A DNA stretch of 64,000 bases from Eledone cirrhosa (taxonomy: Eukaryota): positions 113,336,001 through 113,400,000 of the forward strand of contig OZ024744.1 in assembly GCA_964016885.1 (NCBI GenBank). The letters are read 5' to 3'. Positions within the stretch are counted from its first letter, which is position 1. Every line of letters begins with the position of its first letter. The position numbers and the translations under genes are program-made. The notes under the pieces were generated by a model, which saw only the letters and a program-made list of their open reading frames with translations, was not told the origin of the DNA and made no database searches. Below are positions 55,537 through 64,000 of the stretch, piece after piece.

Positions 55537-55819
55537 AATGGACAAAAACCCATGCAAAGAAATGACTTTGACTGCAGTGATTCTCTCCAATTTACTTACA
55601 AAGCAAAACGTGGTCAAATACCTTATCATCTCTGATAAAATGCCCATTGAATCACTGAAAATCGGATGCATGGAATTCCTCATAAAATACACCTATGAAT
55701 CGGAAGCCATCACATATATCAATGGATATAGGGAGTTGTTTACACTGGAAGACCATCACTTCATTTGTGACTTCATCAGTTATCTCCACGATTATCTCAG
55801 AGACACCCAATGCCATTGA
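55537..55819 (+). CDS. Exon-like ORF resembling the BACK/SPOP C-terminal helices that follow BTB domains
   Basis: Acceptor TTTTAACTTTTTAG|; LSNLLTKQNVVKYLIISDKMPIESLKIGCMEFLIKY fits L..L...NV...L..AD.....LK..C..FI. Confidence 0.5.
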
Positions 55820-56079
55820 TGAGAGGTGATCCAATGTGTGAGCATGTAACTAATCTTATAGAAGTTGTTATCGACCACCTGGCTTTTAGTGACATTTGAC
55901 TGATTTGACTGATAATGATGTATTTTTAAAAAGTATGTGTACATTCTTGTTACTATTTTAAGGCAATGCAAGCAACAACTATTTAATAAAATTTAAATTT
56001 AAAAATGACCATTGTGCATTACTAGTATGATGACATTTTATTAAGTCACAAAATTAGTCAGTCAGCCATAGAAAAAGGA

Positions 56080-56877
56080 TCAGGTGGCAAAAACATTGGC
56101 AAAAATATGTGTCAATTTAAGATTTCCAACATTGTTCAAATGAATAATATCTGGTTTGAAGTCAGATTTGTCAAATTTTGACCAATTTTCAATGTTGTGA
56201 AGATTGGGCAAGTTCAATTTTTGAATCATTTCTTTCATGCAGTAATTAAACTTTTCCAAACGAGAATTTCTCTTGCTCAAGTCATTTTTATTTTCAATTA
56301 CACTTTGTGGACGTGGAATGACACCACTGTAGGAAATGGGTGTACAGTGGTGCTTTTCCGCTATTTTCTGTAGCCTTGCAAAGAGACTCTTCCCCTGTTT
56401 TTCCGGTTTTGTGCCTCGAATGGGCACTTTGTCCTTAATTTACAAATAAATGATTAATAAAAAATACTTGGGCAAAAATTATTGTATTACTTTGCACAGC
56501 TTTGTAGTGTGCCAACGGTGCGACGAGGATTCAGATCATTAGAGCCGACATGAACCACCAATACTTTCACAAAAGGACAACAGATAACAATGTTGGCGAT
56601 TAACATTACCTGGCCCTGACGAGCCCCAGGTATACAAAATATCTAAGTATTTTTGTTGGTATGATAAGTAAATACATTTGAATTAATATTTTTATACCTT
56701 CTGGTCATTCGATTTCGCCACATTTCTAATTATGGATTTGTAAAAACTGGCATGAATGTGAATTTGATCAGTCCAATTACCCGATTTTAGTAAAAAGTTT
56801 TGATTCGAAATGGAAATACTCCATTTCCGTGCCATAGAAAAAATGAATAAGCCGATCAAAAAACCGCGAAACATCAT
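56080..56877 (-). pseudogene. Three-exon SGNH/GDSL-hydrolase-like gene (56877-56698, 56642-56491, 56433-56080); the second junction is 1 nt out of phase
   Basis: Blocks KSIIRNV / CIPGAR / VVHVGSND / DIIHLNNVG; GT-AG introns of 55 and 57 bp. Confidence 0.7.
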
Positions 56878-57989
56878 TTTTAATTAAGCGAAATTAGTGG
56901 ATGCAAATCTCAGAAAATATTGTACACTATTCGCACCTATCGGTACAAAAAAATCGCACGACTGTTAATAATACTAGAAGTGCAAACTATCTGTTGAATA
57001 CCTGGTATATGAAGAGCAACCGATACGATCGGTCGGCGATCGGTCTTGAAGAAGAATGAAGAATGAAGTGAAATTTTGGTCTGGTTGTTGTCATCGGTGT
57101 TTCGCAGAGATGCCGGCGCGAACAAAGGTGTCATTGACACAAAGTTGTCCGCTTGAACAAAGGTGTCGGTCCGACAAAGGTGTCAGTCAGACAGACAGTC
57201 AGACAGTGTCACAGTCGGTGCGACAAAGCGATCAATGCGATTAAAAAAAATTTAACTCACATGTTTACCTATATTTTCGCAAACTATTGATAGATTGGTA
57301 CAAAAAATAGCTTTGATAATAAACATAAATTTTTAACGAAGTATTTAAAAAGCATTTTAGCAGTGAAAAGTGAAGTAATGTTTCACACTGACGCAAGTAG
57401 GGCCGTTCAGAAATGACGTAGTCAATTAGGAGGGGATTCGGCGATTTGACTACATTTGACTAACGTAATCACAATCACAAGAGTTCCGCCGAAAAAAATT
57501 CATTTCTGGATTACCTCCCCTGGCGTCACGCTTACTACTAACTCACTTGAACACAAGATTTATCAGCAAACTTTGATTATAAACTTTTTCCCGCTGGACC
57601 AAATTTCTAGATTTTTAAGCCAAAAGATGCGTAATGATCTACTGTTCATGCTCATATAAGTTTTATCTCAGTTAAATAAAGTAGAGCCGCGCTGTACTGT
57701 CGTAAACAGACGATTGCCATCGAAAACACGACCACAACAATATTACTAAACGGACTACCGTCCGTTTAGGATATATATTATGAATATATAATATATATAT
57801 TTATGATTTTAATAACCTCTGTCATTTTCATTCTACTAATTTATTTACATTATTCTTAACTCCGAAGCCGAGAATCATTCGGTTTCCTAAATAGAATATT
57901 AGTCTACGGCTCCCTTTATATCATAAATGTGGTTTTGACTTTGTGTGTAATTGTTCTCATCGTCCCACATAGCTACGTATTATCTTCGT

Positions 57990-58175
57990 TTATTTCCGTT
58001 CATTGCCAGGGAACGTCTTCATGAACCAAAGTATCGTCTTCCTGTTTTCCTTCAGTTGCAACGTTTTTCGAAATATTTACTTCTGCGTTCACAGATTGAT
58101 TTTTATACTTTCAGAAGATTCCGTTAAGTGTGAAAGCAGCGATTCTTTGCTTAAACTTTAATCTGTTATTTTAAT
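57990..58175 (-). repeat. Dispersed repeat, also at 47828-48012(+) and 60198-60310(+)
   Basis: TAAAATAACAGATTAAAGTTTAAGCAAAGAATCGCTGCTTTCAC.. occurs three times. Confidence 0.85.
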
Positions 58176-58205
58176 AAATATATATATAATATATATATAT
58201 AATAT

Positions 58206-58236
<31 letters not shown>

Positions 58237-58376
58237 ACTCTGATTTACGTTTCGTTTCGCTTTTTCTACCTGCCAAAATGCGAATCTCACTGAATTTATA
58301 TTTATATATGTATATATGTATATATATATATGTATATTATATATATATATTATATATACATATACATATATATATA

Positions 58377-59797
58377 TCCAGGAAGTGTAACTTGGAGGGC
58401 ATACGTTAAGACGGGCGTTCGGGAAAGTGAAAGTAAATTTATTTTCATTTTCGAACGTCGTGTTTACATTTTGTGTGTGTGTTTAGATCTAAATGAGTGT
58501 CGTTTTAACTGATTATATATATGTGTGTGTGTGTGTGTGTAGTTGACGGTTGAGAGAAGAGTACTCAATACCGAAGTAATCTTGTAATGAGGCTTGCAGA
58601 ATGGCGAGTCCGCCATTCTAGACGCTGCTGCCTTGCAGAAGTCCCAAATCGAAGCTCTGACACTCTCGTCCCCATCATTCAGCAGGGATTTTGCCAGGCA
58701 GCCGCATCACCTCCGATGGTTGGGCTTCCTATTTGGAAATTGAAGGCGGGATTTACGTTCATGATGTTGTGGTGCACGAACGGAACTTTGTAGATCCTGC
58801 GGACCTTGATGTGCACACACAGCTCATAGGGAACACATGGAGCCGTGCAAAGAAGAAGCTTCGTCGCCAGCATGTGCAAGCCTCATTACAAGAATACTTC
58901 GGTATTGAGTACTCTTCTCTCAACCGTCAACTACACACACACACACACATATACATATATATATAATCAGTTAAAACGACACTCATTTAGATCTAAACAC
59001 ACACACAAAATGTAAACACGACGTTCGAAAATGAAAATAAATTTACTTTCACTTTCCCGAACGCCCGTCTTAACGTATGCCAACTTGGAGTTACTGTAGG
59101 TTCACCCAGGTGAGCACTCGATGTTTAGGTTCACTTCAGTGTCGAGGTGTAGAGCTAGACAGAGTGTATTATAATAATTGTTTCTACTTTTGGCAAAAGG
59201 CCAGCAATTGCCCAGTGCATAACTGGTACTTTATTTTATCGACCCCCGTAAGGATGAAAAGCAAAGTTAATCTCGGCGGGATTTGAACTCAGACCGTAAA
59301 AGGCCGTAACTCTTTGCTGCAAAGCATGGCATAGAAGACCTGCCAGATAGTCCTATATGAGCAAGACACGGTCGCCCGACCAATCTTGCCTCAAGTGGGA
59401 CTGCCAATCCGTATTATAATAATACAAGAACGAATGGTTACTCCTTCATTACGTTTATTGGTTGGTGACGCACGTTTCGCCACTGACCAGCTCATGGTTC
59501 GATCTTTATCGATCTGACCCAAGTCTGTAATCCGCGGCTCGTCAGATCATTACAAGGGGTCTGACGAGCCGCGGATTACAGAGTCAGGTCAGATCGATAC
59601 AGATCAAACCACGAGCTGGTCAGTGGCGAAACGTGCGTCACCTACCAATAAACGTAATGAAGGAGTAACCAATCGTCCTTGTTATCTTTTCACTATAATA
59701 CACTCTGTCTAGCTCTACACCTCGACACTGAAGTGAACCTAAACATCGAGTGCTCACCCGGGTGAACCTACTGTAACTTCATGTTACACTCCCTGGA
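58377..59797. mobile_element. Palindromic (inverted pLTR-like) element with back-to-back hammerheads; left arm interrupted by Merlin and a SINE
   Basis: Arms mirror around ~59553; + strand core GGGT-CTGACGA-GCCGC..GTGGC-GAAA-CGTGCG-TC-ACCT..AATAAA. Confidence 0.85.
58398..59081 (+). mobile_element. Non-autonomous Merlin (IS1016/ISXO2-like) DNA transposon with ~200-bp TIRs and 9-bp TSD AACTTGGAG
   Basis: GGCATACGTTAAGACG..CGTCTTAACGTATGCC; internal VPNRSSDTLVPII / PGSRITSDGWASY..H..NFVDP..VHTQ..NTWSRAK. Confidence 0.9.
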
Positions 59798-59857
59798 TAT
59801 ATATGTATATATGTATATGTAAATATATATATATATATTATATATATTATATATATA

Positions 59858-59904
<47 letters not shown>

Positions 59905-59944
59905 TAGGTAAATATACACAGGTGTGTATGATTGTGTATAGAAG

Positions 59945-60163
59945 ATTATATTAAGAAGAGGAATTCCAACTTTGTCTGATTTACTCGTTTTATTTACAAT
60001 CCTTTAAAATATATAATGGTATTATAATGAAATAGTATGATAGAATATTAAATTCTAAGTGTTAAAATATTCTATCATACTATTTCATTATAATACCATT
60101 ATATATTTTAAAGGATTGTAAATAAAACGAGTAAATCAGACAAAGTTGGAATTCCTCTTATTA

Positions 60164-60170
<7 letters not shown>
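59945..60170. repeat. Near-perfect palindrome with ~105-bp arms, between TA tracts
   Basis: AAGAGGAATTCCAACTTTGTCTG..GATAGAATATT / AATATTCTATC..CAGACAAAGTTGGAATTCCTCTT. Confidence 0.9.
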
Positions 60171-60195
<25 letters not shown>

Positions 60196-60766
60196 TTATT
60201 AAAATAACAGATTAAAGTTTAAGCAAAGAATCGCTGCTTTCACCCTTAACGGGATCTTCTGAAACTAACAAAGTCAATCTGTAAACGCAGAAGTGGATAT
60301 TTCATATATAACGAAGGAAATGTGGTAAGGAACCAGGTGGACCATAACGCACTAAAGTACTCAATACTTAGGGTAGTAGAGTGGGTAATAGGAACAAGTA
60401 AGACCCTGACGGCTGAGCTCAAGCCGTTTCGACGGCTAATTCTGGACTCAGTCAAGAATTCAGTCCAGAATTAGCCGTCGAAACTGCTTGAGCTCAGCCG
60501 TCAGGGTCTTACTTGTTCCTATATATATATATATATAATATATATATATAATATATATATATTATATCTATATATATCGGGTGGATAGGGCCCCTGAGTC
60601 TAGTAAGACGACCTCTCTAGTGCTGGTGGCACGAATAAAAGCACCTAGTCCATGCTGTAAAATGGTGGTGGTGTTAGGAAGGGCATCCAACCAGTATAAT
60701 AAATGCCAAAATTATGAGCAGTCCAACCCTTGCAAGCAGGGAAAAGCAAACGTAAAATGATGATGA

Positions 60767-60884
<118 letters not shown>

Positions 60885-61148
60885 TAGATATATGTATTGT
60901 TTCCTTGAGCAAGACACTTTATTTCACATTGCTCCAGTTTACTCAGCTGTAGAAATGAGATGATAGGGACTGGGGTCCCTATCATTCCGCTGCAAAGTGG
61001 TAGTGGAGGTGCCATGGCAAAAAAGCACCCAGCACTCACTGTAAATGAGGTTGGTGTTAGGAAGGGCATCCAGCTGTAGAAATCAAGCCAGAATCAGTTC
61101 CTGTCCCACCCTTGCAAGCAGGGAAAATGATGATGATGATGATGATGA

Positions 61149-61186
<38 letters not shown>

Positions 61187-61188
<2 letters not shown>

Positions 61189-61829
61189 CAGCGGCTTCCC
61201 GCCTACATTAGTAATCCCCTCTGGCTTCTCAACATTCTCTACCAGATATTTTGTCTTAGTCTTATTCGTGCATTTGGGAGCAAACATTGGGAATACGGAA
61301 GATGATGTGGTTGAGAGGAAGAGCAAGGCCTGGGCGGCGAGCCACAGCTTGATATTGGTGTGGAAGTCGGACCTTCGTAAAGACCTGAAGATCCGCCTCT
61401 TCATTGCTGTAGTGGAGTCTGTGCTGCTGTACGGGTCTGAGACTTGGACACTGATCAAGAAACTCACTCAGATGGTGGATGGGTGCTGCACGAGAATGCT
61501 GAGGATGGCTCTGAACATTAATCAGTATACACTGAGGATGAAAAACTCAGAGCTGTATGGGAGCATCCCAAAAGTCAGCTCAAAGGTGACACAAAGAAGA
61601 CGGAGGTTATCTGGACATGCTCACCGACATCCAGATTTGACACTGCACTCAGTGCTCCTGTGGGAGCCCCTGCATGGACACACTGGAAGAGGAAGACCAA
61701 GGTTAACGTATGTTGATGCCCTAAGGACCAACACTGGTCTGTTGGAGACGCAGGACATGGCAGCGATAATGAGGGACAGAGACCGCTGGAGAGAACTCGT
61801 CCATGGATCTCGGGAATTTTACCATCCCT

Positions 61830-61831
<2 letters not shown>
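61187..61831 (+). mobile_element. RTE-like LINE 3' fragment with an inverted 5' segment, inserted in (TA)n
   Basis: + strand: FVHLG..VESVLLYGSETW..GRGRPRLTY. Minus strand 61187-61267: NKTKTKYLVENVEKPEGITNVGGKPLE. Confidence 0.85.
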
Positions 61832-61891
<60 letters not shown>

Positions 61892-61900
<9 letters not shown>

Positions 61901-62336
61901 TTAAAAAATAATGAATAAAACAATGAAACAGTTCCTTATATTAAACAAAAAAAGTTCATTATTTAACGATCGTTTCTAGGACATATATGTGTTAGAATTG
62001 GTATGCATATTCAACAGATCTATGTACAAAATTATATAAAATTATACAAATTATCAAATATAATATACATACCAACACATACATATGCCGTCTTCAGAAA
62101 TAATCATTATTTCTGAAATAATGATTATTTCTGAAGACGGCATATGTATGTGTTGGTATGTATATTATATTTGATAATTTGTATAATTTTATATAATTTT
62201 GTACATAGATCTGTTGAATATGCATACCAATTCTAACACATATATGTCCTAGAAACGATCGTTAAATAATGAACTTTTTTTGTTTAATATAAGGAACTGT
62301 TTCATTGTTTTATTCATTATTTTTTTAATATTTTAT
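61892..62336. repeat. Almost perfect palindrome (~222-bp arms, 1-nt spacer) with a hammerhead in each arm
   Basis: ATTATTT-CTGAAGA-[~114 nt stem II]-GAAA-CGATCG-TT-AAATAAT at 62124-62270, mirrored at 61958-62104. Confidence 0.9.
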
Positions 62337-62467
62337 CTTGACTCTGTATTCCGTTTATCTTTCACCGAAAGTGATTTTTGAATGCATCTCTTCTTTCCAT
62401 GATATCCGGATTACATTGAGTTCTTCATACGGATTGGACACTACCGTAAACTCTTGGTAGATTTATC

Positions 62468-64000
<1,533 letters not shown>

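Larger units (their letters stand above)
54227..57772. mobile_element. Putative non-autonomous Helentron/Helitron2-like element carrying gene cargo
   Basis: 14-bp inverted repeat TAGTAATATTGTTG (54227) / CAACAATATTACTA (57735), the latter overlapping a perfect hairpin CTAAACGGAC-TACC-GTCCGTTTAG; no obvious TSD. Confidence 0.55.

Noticed and set aside
57397-57425. PIF/Harbinger-like TIR (GGGCCGTTCAGAAATGACGT)
   Set aside because: No partner inverted end found.
59945-60170. Hammerhead in this palindrome (and in 3934-4345)
   Set aside because: No CTGAnGA..GAAA core with paired stems could be built.

Overview
AT-rich, repeat-saturated eukaryotic DNA. The SINE/LINE families and long (TA)n, (TAA)n and (GAT)n tracts suggest a cephalopod (octopus-like) genome; this is an inference. 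The only host gene I recognise is the first coding exon of spastin (minus strand, 7007-7412), whose intron 1 runs off the left end through about 7 kb of TA/TACA microsatellite. The rest is nested, mostly decayed mobile DNA: Tx1/L1-like, R4/Dong-like, RTE and Penelope-like retroelements, three Gypsy LTR elements (one near full length with LTRs, TSD and a -1 frameshift pseudoknot), a DD37D maT transposon, a Merlin derivative, Helitron-like elements and two tRNA-SINE families. Three signals stand out. (1) About a dozen hammerhead-ribozyme motifs from unrelated Penelope-type termini, several arranged as back-to-back palindromes. (2) A Helentron-like element carrying a small-intron SGNH-hydrolase gene and a BACK-domain-like exon. 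(3) An overlapping uORF plus internal Met90/91 in spastin exon 1 that mirrors the mammalian M1/M87 isoform arrangement. All calls are by eye with no database searches, and boundaries of decayed elements are approximate.
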